Assembly: GCA_963662315.1 (NCBI GenBank)
Contig: OY759353.1
Span: 4,128,001 to 4,192,000, forward strand
Length of the DNA: 64,000 bases
Direction of reading: 5' to 3'
Source: Geopsychrobacteraceae bacterium
GTDB lineage: Bacteria; Desulfobacterota; Desulfuromonadia; Desulfuromonadales; Geopsychrobacteraceae
How positions within the stretch are numbered: the first letter of the stretch is position 1; every line of letters begins with the position of its first letter. The notes under the pieces were generated by a model, which worked only from the letters and a program-made list of their open reading frames with translations, was not told where the DNA came from and made no database searches. The position numbers and the translations under genes were made by a program. Shown here piece after piece: positions 41,730 to 52,084 of the stretch.

Positions 41730-44327
41730 ATGGCCATAGAGAATAATGACATTGATATAAGCACTGCCGAAGCGATTGTTGAATCTGAATCCGGTGCACG
41801 CAATCCGACCGGAACAATTCCTAAAAAGATCCTGTTTTTTGTTCCGTTGACCTGGACTCTGTTTCAACTCTGGTATGCTTCTCCGCTGCCGTTTATGCTG
41901 AACTTTTTCGTTTTGAATGATACCGAGGCTCGGGCTATCCATCTGGCCTTCGCTGTCTTTTTGTCATTTACGGCATTTCCCACCTTTAAAAGTTCACCAA
42001 CCAAATATATTCCGGTTCAGGATTGGATTGTGGGTCTTGTTGGGGCCTTTTGTTCCAGTTACCTGTTCCTGTTCTATCGGCAGCTGGCTGATCGTCCCGG
42101 TAATCCGACCACCATGGACCTCGCTGTTTCAGTGGTTGGCCTGATTTTGCTTCTGGAAGCGACACGTCGGGCCTTGGGACCACCGCTGATGGTCGTAGCA
42201 ACGGTTTTTATTATCTATACCTTTGGCGGGCAGTACATGCCCGATGTCATTTCCCATAAAGGAGCAAGCCTAGTTAAAGGGATGTCACATTACTGGCTGA
42301 GCACCGAGGGGGTTTTTGGTGTTGCCCTTGGTGTCTCCACCGGCATGGTGTTCATGTTTGTGCTCTTTGGTGCGTTGCTGGAATCGGGCGGTGCTGGTAA
42401 CTATTTTATTCGTAGCGCTTTTGCCGCTCTTGGCCATCTTAAAGGCGGTCCAGCCAAGGCGGCGGTTGTTTCCTCCGGTTTGACCGGTTTGGTCTCCGGT
42501 TCTTCCATCGCCAACGTGGTCACCACCGGAACCTTTACTATCCCACTGATGAAAAAGGTCGGTTTTAAACCAGAAAAAGCCGGGGCGGTTGAGGTGGCTT
42601 GTTCGACCAATGGCCAGTTGATGCCACCGGTCATGGGTGCCGCGGCTTTCCTCATGGTTGAGTATGTCGGTATCAGCTATATCGACGTCATTAAGCATGC
42701 TTTTCTGCCGGCTATCATCTCCTATGTGGCACTGGTCTATATTGTTCATCTGGAGGCCTGTAAGATGGGGCTCGAGGGGATGGAAAAGATCGTTACCAAA
42801 ACCATTACCCAGCGAATCTTTTCGTTTGTCATCACCATTCTCTCCCTGATTATCATTGGTGGTGTCACTTATTTCGGACTTGGCTGGATCAAAGGAGTGG
42901 CCGGTTCTTCGACGATCTACGTTGTTTCCGTTCTGCTGGTCGCGGCTTATCTGCTGCTGCTGTGGGTTGCCTGTCGGGTGCCGGAACTCGAGCGCAGTCT
43001 GGAAATTGTTGAGCTGCCTCCTTTGGGACCCACTGCCCAGGCCGGACTTTATTATCTGTTACCTGTGGTGGTGTTGATGTGGTGCCTGACGGTTGAACGC
43101 CTGTCACCGGCACTGTCGGCTTTCTGGGCAACTGTTCTGATGATTTTTATTCTGCTGACCCAAAGGCCGTTGAAAGGGTTTTTCCGTAAGTCTGGTGGCG
43201 AAGAGTTTTCTTTTGCCGCCGGGTTTAAGGACCTGATCAACGGGATGGTTGCCGGTGCCCGTAACATGATTGGTATCGGGGTGGCCACTTCCGCTGCCGG
43301 CATTGTTGTCGGTACCGTGACCTTGACCGGTATCGGCCTGGTCATGACCGAATTCGTTGAGTTTATCTCCGGTGGTAATCTGATGCTGATCCTGCTGTTT
43401 ACTGCCGTTATCAGCCTGATCCTGGGGATGGGATTGCCGACGACAGCTAACTATATCGTCGTGTCGACCCTGATGGCGCCGGTTATCGTCGAACTTGGCG
43501 CGCAAAATGGTCTGATCGTGCCTCTGATCGCCGTGCACCTGTTTGTCTTCTATTTCGGGATTCTGGCCGATGATACGCCGCCAGTGGGTTTGGCTGCGTT
43601 TGCGGCGGCGGGGATTTCAGGCGGGGATCCGATCCAGACCGGGATTCAGGGATTTATGTACGATATTCGTACTGCGATTCTTCCCTTCATGTTTATTTTT
43701 AATACCCAGTTGCTGATGATTGGTATCGATCACTGGTACCACCTGCTGGTGACTGTTCTCGCCGCAGTTTTCGCCATGCTCGCCTTCGCGGCCGGTACAC
43801 AAGGGTTCTTTCTGGTTAAAAGCCGGTTATGGGAGACCATTGCTTTGTTGGCGATCGCTTTGTTGCTGTTTCGCCCAGGGTTGATCTGGGATGAACTCTA
43901 TCCGCCCCTGGTGGAGGAACCACCGACCCAGATTGAAAGCTGGGTTGCTCAAGAGGACCCTGGTTCTCCTTTGCGGCTGACCCTGAAAGGTGAAAAGCTG
44001 AACGGTAAGGAATATACCAAGGTGATCATGCTGACTGTTGGTGCCGAGGCAACCGGGGCCGAGCGACTGGCGGGGATCGGCATTGAAACCCGGGAGGAGG
44101 ACGGCCGGATCTTTATTGATAACGTTGGATTCTCCAGTCCTGCGGAAAAGGCCGGGATCGATTTTGATCAGGAAATCATCAATATCCAGGTGGCGACACA
44201 TCGTCTGCCCAAGGAGATTGTTTATATTCCGACCTTTATGTTTTACGCTTTCCTCTATTGGCTCCAGCGGCGGCGCCGCAAGGTTGAAGATGCGCTGAAA
44301 AGGGAGCAGAAGATACGTGCGGCATAA
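41730..44327 (+). CDS. TRAP transporter fused 4TM/12TM permease
   Basis: GGPAKAAV, SGSSIANV, GQLMPPVMGAAAF and LGMGLPTTANY. Confidence 0.92.
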   Translation: MAIENNDIDISTAEAIVESESGARNPTGTIPKKILFFVPLTWTLFQLWYASPLPFMLNFFVLNDTEARAIHLAFAVFLSFTAFPTFKSSPTKYIPVQDWIVGLVGAFCSSYLFLFYRQLADRPGNPTTMDLAVSVVGLILLLEATRRALGPPLMVVATVFIIYTFGGQYMPDVISHKGASLVKGMSHYWLSTEGVFGVALGVSTGMVFMFVLFGALLESGGAGNYFIRSAFAALGHLKGGPAKAAVVSSGLTGLVSGSSIANVVTTGTFTIPLMKKVGFKPEKAGAVEVACSTNGQLMPPVMGAAAFLMVEYVGISYIDVIKHAFLPAIISYVALVYIVHLEACKMGLEGMEKIVTKTITQRIFSFVITILSLIIIGGVTYFGLGWIKGVAGSSTIYVVSVLLVAAYLLLLWVACRVPELERSLEIVELPPLGPTAQAGLYYLLPVVVLMWCLTVERLSPALSAFWATVLMIFILLTQRPLKGFFRKSGGEEFSFAAGFKDLINGMVAGARNMIGIGVATSAAGIVVGTVTLTGIGLVMTEFVEFISGGNLMLILLFTAVISLILGMGLPTTANYIVVSTLMAPVIVELGAQNGLIVPLIAVHLFVFYFGILADDTPPVGLAAFAAAGISGGDPIQTGIQGFMYDIRTAILPFMFIFNTQLLMIGIDHWYHLLVTVLAAVFAMLAFAAGTQGFFLVKSRLWETIALLAIALLLFRPGLIWDELYPPLVEEPPTQIESWVAQEDPGSPLRLTLKGEKLNGKEYTKVIMLTVGAEATGAERLAGIGIETREEDGRIFIDNVGFSSPAEKAGIDFDQEIINIQVATHRLPKEIVYIPTFMFYAFLYWLQRRRRKVEDALKREQKIRAA

Positions 44328-44389
44328 GTTGGTATACTTTTATTGACAGGACTCAGGCTCAATGACGAGCCCCCTGTCTGGAGGTGACA

Positions 44390-44881
44390 ATGGCGGTAAG
44401 AATCAAGAAAATTCTGGTTGGCAATGACCTGACCGAAGAAGCGTCCAGAGTTGTTCGGTACGCATTGGAGCTGGCGGTTAAATTCCACGCGCAGGTTTAT
44501 GTCCTGCATGTCATGCCTACGGTGGATCCTGCGGTGCTGAACATGGTGGCGCTGAACATGGGGGCCGATAAGCTGGCAAAGCTCAATAAAGAGAATGAAG
44601 CTGAGCTGGTGGTCAAAACCAAAGAGCAGATTCAGCAGATTATTCAGCAGGAAACTGAGCTGATGGAGGAAGAAGTTGCTCATGCGCCCAAAATTGAAGT
44701 TCATCACGGGGAGGCTGTTCCGTTGATCCTGAAAACTGCGGACCGACTGGATGTTGATCTGATTGTTCTGGGCAGTCACAGTAAAGGGCGCCTGCATTAC
44801 GCCTTTTTAGGAAGCGTTGCAGAAAAGATTCTGCGTAAATGTCATCGCACTGTAATGATTGTCCCGCCCCTTAAAGGGTAG
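44390..44881 (+). CDS. Universal stress protein
   Basis: KKILVGND, DLIVLGSH and LGSVAEKILR. Confidence 0.9.
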   Translation: MAVRIKKILVGNDLTEEASRVVRYALELAVKFHAQVYVLHVMPTVDPAVLNMVALNMGADKLAKLNKENEAELVVKTKEQIQQIIQQETELMEEEVAHAPKIEVHHGEAVPLILKTADRLDVDLIVLGSHSKGRLHYAFLGSVAEKILRKCHRTVMIVPPLKG

Positions 44882-44890
44882 CCGAATAGC

Positions 44891-44924
44891 GCCCGTCATT
44901 CCTGAATTATCAGGAATGACGGGC
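44891..44924. repeat. Perfect inverted repeat (terminator or REP-like)
   Basis: GCCCGTCATTCCTGA-ATTA-TCAGGAATGACGGGC. Confidence 0.6.
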
Positions 44925-45599
44925 AGATCATGTTTGTTTCCCCTAACTAGTGAATATCTGAAAGCATTCAGCAGCAAGTAACACAAGATCTACAGAAGTA
45001 TTCCCTCCTTCGATTGCCTTTTGCCCGTTAGGTGCGCAGCACCGTGGGCTGTTGCTCAATTTAGCCATCATTCTTTTAAGCGAAGTTTGTAGCATTTCTC
45101 GTCAATTATTTTGACCTTCCTGGGCATTTTGCATACTTTTTTGCCCTGGAAAAAGTATGGCGCAGTGTGAGGGCGCGACCTCACAACTTTATTTTTGGTA
45201 GAAACAGTCAAAAAAAAGGACCGCAGGGCCTCGCCCCTGCAGGCGAGTTACTTTTTGTCCAGAGCAACACAAAGTAACCAAAAAATGCTCTTCTATATGT
45301 CCGTGCGCGGGCGTCGTTATTTCCCAGGTTGCGGGCAGCAACTGACAGGCCGGCCTGACGGCTCGAATCTCGCCTGATGGCCAGAACCGCACTCAATATG
45401 GCTTGAAACAATCAGAAGCACGGCGTAATATCTGAATATGTGACAAATGTGGTAATAATTCCTATTGACAGTTTGAAATAGTCCGCTAAAATTATGACTG
45501 TTTGCATTTATGATTTTCAACAACGTTTAAGATGTACATGTTGGGGGCCGGACTGGTCCGGATTCCAGCTCATCGCAAATATTCCGACAGGAGGCTTAA

Positions 45600-46124
45600 A
45601 TGAGTACTTATGAAGAGCGTCAAGGCGCTGTTACTTTTAAAGGGAATCCAGCTGCTCTGCTTGGTCCTGAGCTCAAAGTTGGTGCTGCCGCACCTGATTT
45701 CACAGTTGTCGATAATGGTCTGCAGCCGGTTACTCTGGCAACTGATGCCGGAAAGGTGCGCTTGATCACGGTTGTTCCTTCTCTGGATACCCCGGTCTGT
45801 GACGCCATGACCAGACGTTTTAACCAGGATGCTGCAAACCTTCCAGATTCCGTTGCCGTTTATACCATCAGCGTTGATTTGCCTTTCGCGCAAAAGCGTT
45901 GGTGCGGCAATGCCGGCATTGATAAGGTTCAAACCCTTTCCGACTATCAGGACCGATCCTTCGGCCTGAATTACGGATTGCTGCTCAGCGGCTTGAAACT
46001 GCTTGCCCGCGCCGTTATTGTCATTGATCAGAACGATAAGATCAGCTATGTGGAACTCGTTCCGGAAGTGACAGCAGAGCCTGATTATACAGCTGCTCTG
46101 GAGGCTGTAAAAGCTCTTATCTGA
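45600..46124 (+). CDS. tpx: Thiol peroxidase (atypical 2-Cys Prx)
   Basis: VTFKGNP, VPSLDTPVC, SVDLPFAQKRWC and ARAV. Confidence 0.93.
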   Translation: MSTYEERQGAVTFKGNPAALLGPELKVGAAAPDFTVVDNGLQPVTLATDAGKVRLITVVPSLDTPVCDAMTRRFNQDAANLPDSVAVYTISVDLPFAQKRWCGNAGIDKVQTLSDYQDRSFGLNYGLLLSGLKLLARAVIVIDQNDKISYVELVPEVTAEPDYTAALEAVKALI

Positions 46125-46204
46125 GAGTAATTTTTAGAGACGTTATCGTCACTAAAAGCAACCCCTCGCAATGATTTAAAAACAGACGTTAAGGTTTGTT
46201 TTGG

Positions 46205-46236
46205 AAAGGGCACGGATTTAATTCCGTGCCTTTTTT
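46205..46236 (+). terminator. Rho-independent terminator
   Basis: GGCACGGA-TTTAAT-TCCGTGCCTTTTTT. Confidence 0.75.
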
Positions 46237-46415
46237 ACTTGACGCCGGGTGTTTTACTGCTGTGTTGCTGCACATTCTCCGTGAGGGCAGAATGTGCAGC
46301 AAATTGACAAGGGCGTTAAATCCCGTACACTTTAAATAGTGTCATGCTGATGTTCCAGCCCGTTTTCAAAAAAACAAACTCGTTCAGGATTGTGGTTGTT
46401 TTATCAGGATGAAAT

Positions 46416-48854
46416 ATGTCCGAAAAAGAGGTGAAGCCTATATCTGACCTGATCTCCGATCTGGAAAGAAAACTGTTCGACAACGTCCATATTGCCATCG
46501 CCGTTGTTGATCAGGAACGGGTCATTCTGCGCGTCAATCAAACCTTCTGTCATATGTTCGGCTATAGCGACCCGAGCGAACCAGTGGGCCTGCCAGGGAC
46601 GATTTTGCACTTGTCGCAGGAAAGTTATGCAGAGTTTGGCAAACAGGCTTTTGATAAGGTTCTTAGCTCTGATGCTGTCAGCGTTCCCTACCAACTGAGA
46701 AAAAAAGATGGAAGCGTTTTCTGGGTGCAGATTTCCGGTCAACCGATCAACAACGGCCAGGCCGTTTTGTGGATGATGACCGATATCACCCAGCAAAAAC
46801 TGGCCGAAAAGAAGCTTTCTGAAAGTGAAGAGAAGTTCCGCATTACTTTTTCAACCTCACCGGAGCCGGTTGCTTTAAGCAGGGTTGAAGATGGAGTCTA
46901 TCTTGATGTGAATGAGCGTTTTTTGGAACTGACAGGTTACGCGTATGACGAACTGGTCGGGCACTCTTCACTCAAGGTAAATATCTGGAAGCATCAGGCC
47001 GACCGCCAACGGATGGTTACAGAGCTCATCAAGAATGGAAACATTGAAAACTTTGAGGCTGAATTTCTCGATAAGAGCGGCCAGGTCATCTTTGGGTTGA
47101 TGTCGGCTCGTATCGTAGAAATTGATGGTCAGAAGGTTATTTTGACCGTCACCCGGGATGTTTCAGAACGTAAGCAGCAGGACGCTTTGCTTTTGGCGCG
47201 CTTGCATCTGAATGAAGCCGCGGTCCATCTCAGTCAAAAACAACTGCTGCAAAAATTGGTCGATGAAGCAGAGCTTCTGACCCACAGTAAAATCGGTTTT
47301 TTGCATTTCGTAAACGAAGATCAGGATCATCTGTTTCTGCAGGTCTGGTCAACCGCGACCCTTCAGCATTTTTGTGTAGCAGATCCAGGTGAGAATCATT
47401 ACCCGATATCTAAAGCAGGGGTCTGGGTTGACTGTGTGCGCCAGAAAGCCCCGGTTATCCATAATGATTACCTTGGGTTGCCGCATCGAAAAGGTCTTCC
47501 TGAAGGGCATGCCCCAATCGTCAGAGACCTGGTTATCCCTCTATTTGATAAGGACCGGATATTTGCCATTCTGGGTGTTGGTAATAAAGACAGTCTTTAC
47601 AACCAGAGAGATGTGCGCCTGCTGACAGCCTTTGGTCTTATGGCCTGGGATATTATTGCCCGCAAGGGGAGTGAAGAGCAGCGTAAAGAGCTTGAGCTGC
47701 AGTTGCGCCAGAAGTATAAAATGGAGGCTGTTGGCGTAATGGCTGGTGGCATTGCGCATAATTTTAATAATAACCTGGCGATTATCCTGGGTAATCTGGA
47801 GATGGCGGTGCGTAAGCAGGCGGACCCCGAAGCCCTGGCTAAATATCTGAACAACGCCAGAATCGCAGTGCTCAGATCGCGTGATCTGGTCGCGCAAATT
47901 CTAACCTACAGTCATCAGGGCCGCAAAGAGCTCGGAGCGGTCGATATCTGTATTGTTATCAATGAGACGCTGAATCTGCTGAAATCAACGCTGCCGGCGT
48001 CAATCAGGTTGCTCCATCTGTCTTCCTCTCAAAGCCTGATTGTGAACGCGGACCCGGGGCAGATCCAGGAGGCATTAATCAACCTGTGTAATAACGCTGT
48101 CTGCGCTATGAATGAGAAAGGGACGCTCAAGATTGCTCTTGAGAGGGTAGAATTACAGGCTTGCGACATCCCTGCCCGTTGTAGCAGTGGCGCAGGGGCT
48201 TATGCCAAACTGGCGGTTGAAGATAGTGGCTGCGGGATAGAAAAAGACATTATTGATCGCATCTTTGATCCCTTTTTTACCACTAAGGGAATCGATCGTG
48301 GCACCGGAATGGGATTGTCAACGGTTCAGGGGATAGTCGATCAGCACGGAGGTTTCATTGCGGTCGAAAGCAGCGTCGGGGAAGGATCAGTTTTTTATCT
48401 GTATTTCCCGCTAGAAGAGCAACGGTTTGCAGATAGGCCAAATCTACAGGAGGAGGAAAAGCCGCAAGGGGGATCGGAACGGGTTCTGCTGGTGGATGAT
48501 GACCTCAACCTGCTGGCTTTGGTGGAACAGATGCTGGTTGAGCTTGGTTACCGGGTAACAACCGCGCCCGGCAGTCATGAAGCTTTGGAGCTATTTTTGC
48601 GGGAACCCACAGCTTTTGATCTGTTGATCACCGATCAGACTATGCCGGTCATGACTGGTGAAAGCCTGGTTAGAAAGATCAGGAGCATCAGAGGGGATCT
48701 GCCGGTCATTCTGATTACCGGTTACAGCAGCAAAATCAACAGGGCCGAATCCCAGGCTCTTGGTATCGATGCCTTCTGCATGAAACCTCTCGGTATGACC
48801 GAGCTGGCAAAAGTCGTGCGCAAAGTGCTGAGCGAGGCAAGCTTGCGGCGATAG
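46416..48854 (+). CDS. Cytoplasmic hybrid histidine kinase (PAS-PAS-GAF-HisKA-HATPase-REC)
   Basis: GGIAHNFNN, GTGMGLS and C-terminal REC (VDDD, TDQTMP, KP). Confidence 0.9.
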   Translation: MSEKEVKPISDLISDLERKLFDNVHIAIAVVDQERVILRVNQTFCHMFGYSDPSEPVGLPGTILHLSQESYAEFGKQAFDKVLSSDAVSVPYQLRKKDGSVFWVQISGQPINNGQAVLWMMTDITQQKLAEKKLSESEEKFRITFSTSPEPVALSRVEDGVYLDVNERFLELTGYAYDELVGHSSLKVNIWKHQADRQRMVTELIKNGNIENFEAEFLDKSGQVIFGLMSARIVEIDGQKVILTVTRDVSERKQQDALLLARLHLNEAAVHLSQKQLLQKLVDEAELLTHSKIGFLHFVNEDQDHLFLQVWSTATLQHFCVADPGENHYPISKAGVWVDCVRQKAPVIHNDYLGLPHRKGLPEGHAPIVRDLVIPLFDKDRIFAILGVGNKDSLYNQRDVRLLTAFGLMAWDIIARKGSEEQRKELELQLRQKYKMEAVGVMAGGIAHNFNNNLAIILGNLEMAVRKQADPEALAKYLNNARIAVLRSRDLVAQILTYSHQGRKELGAVDICIVINETLNLLKSTLPASIRLLHLSSSQSLIVNADPGQIQEALINLCNNAVCAMNEKGTLKIALERVELQACDIPARCSSGAGAYAKLAVEDSGCGIEKDIIDRIFDPFFTTKGIDRGTGMGLSTVQGIVDQHGGFIAVESSVGEGSVFYLYFPLEEQRFADRPNLQEEEKPQGGSERVLLVDDDLNLLALVEQMLVELGYRVTTAPGSHEALELFLREPTAFDLLITDQTMPVMTGESLVRKIRSIRGDLPVILITGYSSKINRAESQALGIDAFCMKPLGMTELAKVVRKVLSEASLRR

Positions 48855-48955
48855 TTCGTTTCCAATCTGAAAACTGATGCGTTGCTGAGCAAAGCTACCG
48901 TTTTGTGAGATCTGACCTTTCAATTTTGACATTGTGAACCGCAGTGAGCGCGATC

Positions 48956-50785
48956 TTAGTAGGGTTTTCTGGCGTTGGTAGAAATACGTGTCTCCCCTTG
49001 AGTCCGTTCCACTGGATAGCGAAGCTGGCTGACCAGATCCTGAATTTCCTGTGGGGGCTCCGGAGTAAAGTGGGAGATGACAATCGTCAGCGTAAAATTG
49101 ATCAGCATACCGACCGTGCCGATTCCTTCCGGTGAAATACCGAACAGCCAGTGTTCCGCACTGTTGGCTCCCGGATTGATCAGTTTGAAATAAATAATGT
49201 AACAGGCAGTAAAGCTGATTCCTGCCACCATGCCGGTCATGGCTCCGTAAACGTTGGTCTTCTTGGTGAAAATCCCCATGATAATGGCCGGAAAGAATGA
49301 CGCGGCGGCCAGGCCGAAGGCAAAGGCAACCACCTGGGCGACAAAGCCGGGCGGGAAAATTCCCAGCAGGCCGGCAACCACCACCGCCCCTGCAGCGCCA
49401 CAGCGCGCCCACAGCAATTCCCCTTTTTCTGACATGCTTGGCATCAGGACACCTTTCATCAGGTCATGGGAAATGGAGGCGGAAATTACCAGCAGCAGCC
49501 CGGCGGCGGTCGACAAGGCTGCGGCCAGCCCGCCGGCCGCGACCAGTCCGACCACCCAGTTGGGCAGGTGGGCGATTTCAGGGTTGGCCAGAACAATGAT
49601 ATCCTGATCCACGTAAATTTCATTGGGGCTGGTGGTCTGCAGATTTGCCACCAGCTTTTCTCCGTGCCTTCCTGCTGCGCCACTATATTTGGGTTTTCCG
49701 ACAATCGCCTGACCTGGCCCATATTGGAGAATTCCGTCATTGTTCTTATCGATCCAGGCGATCAGCCCGGTGGCTTCCCAATTTTTGAACCAACCGGGAG
49801 CTTTCTCGTAACGGGTGTTATGAATGGTGTTGATAAATTCGATACGGGCAAAGGCGGCAACGGCGGGGGCTGCGGTATAGAGTAAGACAATAAATATCAG
49901 CGCCCAGCCCGCCGAAGCCCGGGCATCCTTGATTTTGGGAACGGTAAAAAAGCGGATGATGACATGGGGCAGCCCGGCGGTGCCGACCATCAGGGCGACA
50001 ACAATAAAAAACAGATCGAGCTTGGGGCGCTCGCCAGAGGTATAGGCAGCAAGGCCCAGCTCCTTTTGAATACCGTCAAGGGCCTCCAGCAGGTAGCGCC
50101 CTTCAAGTGCTGAATTCTGCAGTATCCGTGCTCCATCGGCACTGATGGTGCTGCCAAAGCCGAGGGATGGAAGCGGGTTACCGGTCAGCATGAGTGAAAT
50201 ATAGATGGCCGGAATCATATAGGCAATAATCAGGACACAATACTGGGCTACCTGGGTGTAGGTGATCCCTTTCATGCCGCCGAGGACAGCGTAAAAAAAG
50301 ACGATACACATACCGATGGCGACACCGGTGTTAATGGGGACATTCAGAAAGCGGGCAAAGACAACTCCCACCCCGCGCATCTGGCCGGCTACATAGGTAA
50401 ACGAGACGAAAATAGCACACAGCAGGGCAATGATCCGCGCCCCCTGCGAATAGTAGCGGTCGCCAATAAACTCAGGGACGGTAAATTTACCGTATTTGCG
50501 CAGATAGGGAGCGAGCAGCATGGCCAGCAGGACATAGCCACCGGTCCAGCCCATCAGGTACATCGACCCGTCCCGTCCCAGGAACGAGATCAGCCCGGCC
50601 ATACTGATAAAGGAGGCCGCAGACATCCAGTCAGCACCGGTGGCCATACCGTTCAGGATGGGATGAATCGTGCGTTCGGCTGTATAGAAGTCTCCGGTAG
50701 AGAAGGCCCGGGCCCGAATCGCGACCAGAATGTAGATGGCGAAGGTAATGCCGATTAAAGCCCAGGTCCAGGTGGTGATGCTCAT
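48956..50785 (-). CDS. Sodium:solute symporter, ActP-like (probable acetate/monocarboxylate uptake)
   Basis: NGMATGADWMSAASFISMAG, GTAGLPHV and AAALSTAAGLLL. Confidence 0.88.
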   Translation of the reverse strand: MSITTWTWALIGITFAIYILVAIRARAFSTGDFYTAERTIHPILNGMATGADWMSAASFISMAGLISFLGRDGSMYLMGWTGGYVLLAMLLAPYLRKYGKFTVPEFIGDRYYSQGARIIALLCAIFVSFTYVAGQMRGVGVVFARFLNVPINTGVAIGMCIVFFYAVLGGMKGITYTQVAQYCVLIIAYMIPAIYISLMLTGNPLPSLGFGSTISADGARILQNSALEGRYLLEALDGIQKELGLAAYTSGERPKLDLFFIVVALMVGTAGLPHVIIRFFTVPKIKDARASAGWALIFIVLLYTAAPAVAAFARIEFINTIHNTRYEKAPGWFKNWEATGLIAWIDKNNDGILQYGPGQAIVGKPKYSGAAGRHGEKLVANLQTTSPNEIYVDQDIIVLANPEIAHLPNWVVGLVAAGGLAAALSTAAGLLLVISASISHDLMKGVLMPSMSEKGELLWARCGAAGAVVVAGLLGIFPPGFVAQVVAFAFGLAAASFFPAIIMGIFTKKTNVYGAMTGMVAGISFTACYIIYFKLINPGANSAEHWLFGISPEGIGTVGMLINFTLTIVISHFTPEPPQEIQDLVSQLRYPVERTQGETRISTNARKPY

Positions 50786-50815
50786 GGCAGTAGGTCTCCC
50801 TGAAACGGGTTGGGG

Positions 50816-51076
50816 TCAGTCTTCATAGACGTTGAACTGGCGATCCAGTCGATTCAGCAGCCAGACATAAATGATGATAAGCAGACAAAAAATGAGTTCA
50901 GAACCCTGATTGGCAAACCAGAAACCAACCGGAAAGCCGCCAATATGAAAGGTATCAAGCTGGTCAACGAGAAAGATACCAAACAGGAAGGAAACCACAA
51001 ACCAGATGGTCAGGAGACATACGATATAGGTCACGTTTTTTTTCCAGTAACGCTGCAGTTCCTGATCGCGGGTCAT
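50816..51076 (-). CDS. DUF4212 small membrane partner of the symporter
   Basis: YW..N, IWFVVSF and GFPVGFWFANQGS. Confidence 0.85.
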   Translation of the reverse strand: MTRDQELQRYWKKNVTYIVCLLTIWFVVSFLFGIFLVDQLDTFHIGGFPVGFWFANQGSELIFCLLIIIYVWLLNRLDRQFNVYED

Positions 51077-51163
51077 TGTGTCCTTATCTCCTTTTGACAG
51101 CGTGATCTGAACAGGGAGAAAGAGCTACCGTTGTCGTTGAACTTTCCATGTTGCTGTATGTTA

Positions 51164-51192
51164 ACGATAATCTCCTGCTATCAGCTTGTAAA
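51164..51192 (-). promoter_or_regulatory. Putative sigma70 promoter of the downstream (48956-51076) symporter cassette
   Basis: Minus strand TTTACA-17 bp-TATCGT. Confidence 0.45.
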
Positions 51193-51356
51193 GAGCATTT
51201 TTTAATTTTTAGAACAGGATTTTATGAAAAGTCTGATTATGATCAGTGTGCGGGCAGGAGTTGCTTTTCTGGCAAATAATTAGATAATATGAAAATTCAT
51301 ATAGAATGGACTGTTTTGCCATTCATTGTCCACCTGTGGAAGAAAAGGAGAAGTTT

Positions 51357-52031
51357 GTGATACGACGCCTTGCCCTCGCCAGTTTCATGTTGTTTGTCTG
51401 TTTATTTACGCTTTGCGGTCTTGCAGTGGCTCAGGAAGCGGTTATCTCCGGGACGATTGAAGGGGGACTGCGTATCATCAGCATTGATCCTGCCGGAGAA
51501 AATCACTTTGTCGTCTATCGTGGCGATTATATTCAGCCTCGCCTGGCAGGGGCCAGTCGGTTTGAAATCGACATTCCCGGGCTGCGTCAGGTCAAATCCT
51601 TTCCGGTTGAAGAAGGAGGAAAGTCTTACGTCAAAATGTCGATTCCCGGCACTTTCCCCTTTACGGCCGGGACTGCCAAGGGCGTATTCGAAGTCATTGA
51701 ATATTCGGCACCTTCCTATAAGGCGGTCAGTAGCGCCGAAGCTGCTGAGATTCTGAAAAACACCAGTCCGTTTATTCTTGATGTCAGGACCATCGAAGAA
51801 TATCGGGATGCCCATATCGCCGGGGCACACCTGGTACCGGTGCAGATCCTGCAGCGCGAACTGGCAGAGCTGGAACCGTACAAGGAACGCGACCTGTTTA
51901 TTTACTGTGCGACCGGGAACCGCAGCACCGTGGCGGCGCGGATATTGATTGAGAACGGGTTTAAGAAAATCTACAACCTGCGCTACGGCATTTCCGACTG
52001 GATGCAGAAGGGGTATCCGGTAGAAAGATAG
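51357..52031 (+). CDS. Exported protein with C-terminal rhodanese domain
   Basis: Signal peptide; LDVRT..EY..HI.GA and YCATGNRS. Confidence 0.8.
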   Translation: MIRRLALASFMLFVCLFTLCGLAVAQEAVISGTIEGGLRIISIDPAGENHFVVYRGDYIQPRLAGASRFEIDIPGLRQVKSFPVEEGGKSYVKMSIPGTFPFTAGTAKGVFEVIEYSAPSYKAVSSAEAAEILKNTSPFILDVRTIEEYRDAHIAGAHLVPVQILQRELAELEPYKERDLFIYCATGNRSTVAARILIENGFKKIYNLRYGISDWMQKGYPVER

Positions 52032-52084
52032 TTTGTGCCAAATCAGTACCGGAGAGTTCCTTCTCCTTCAGGGAGAGGGAACTG

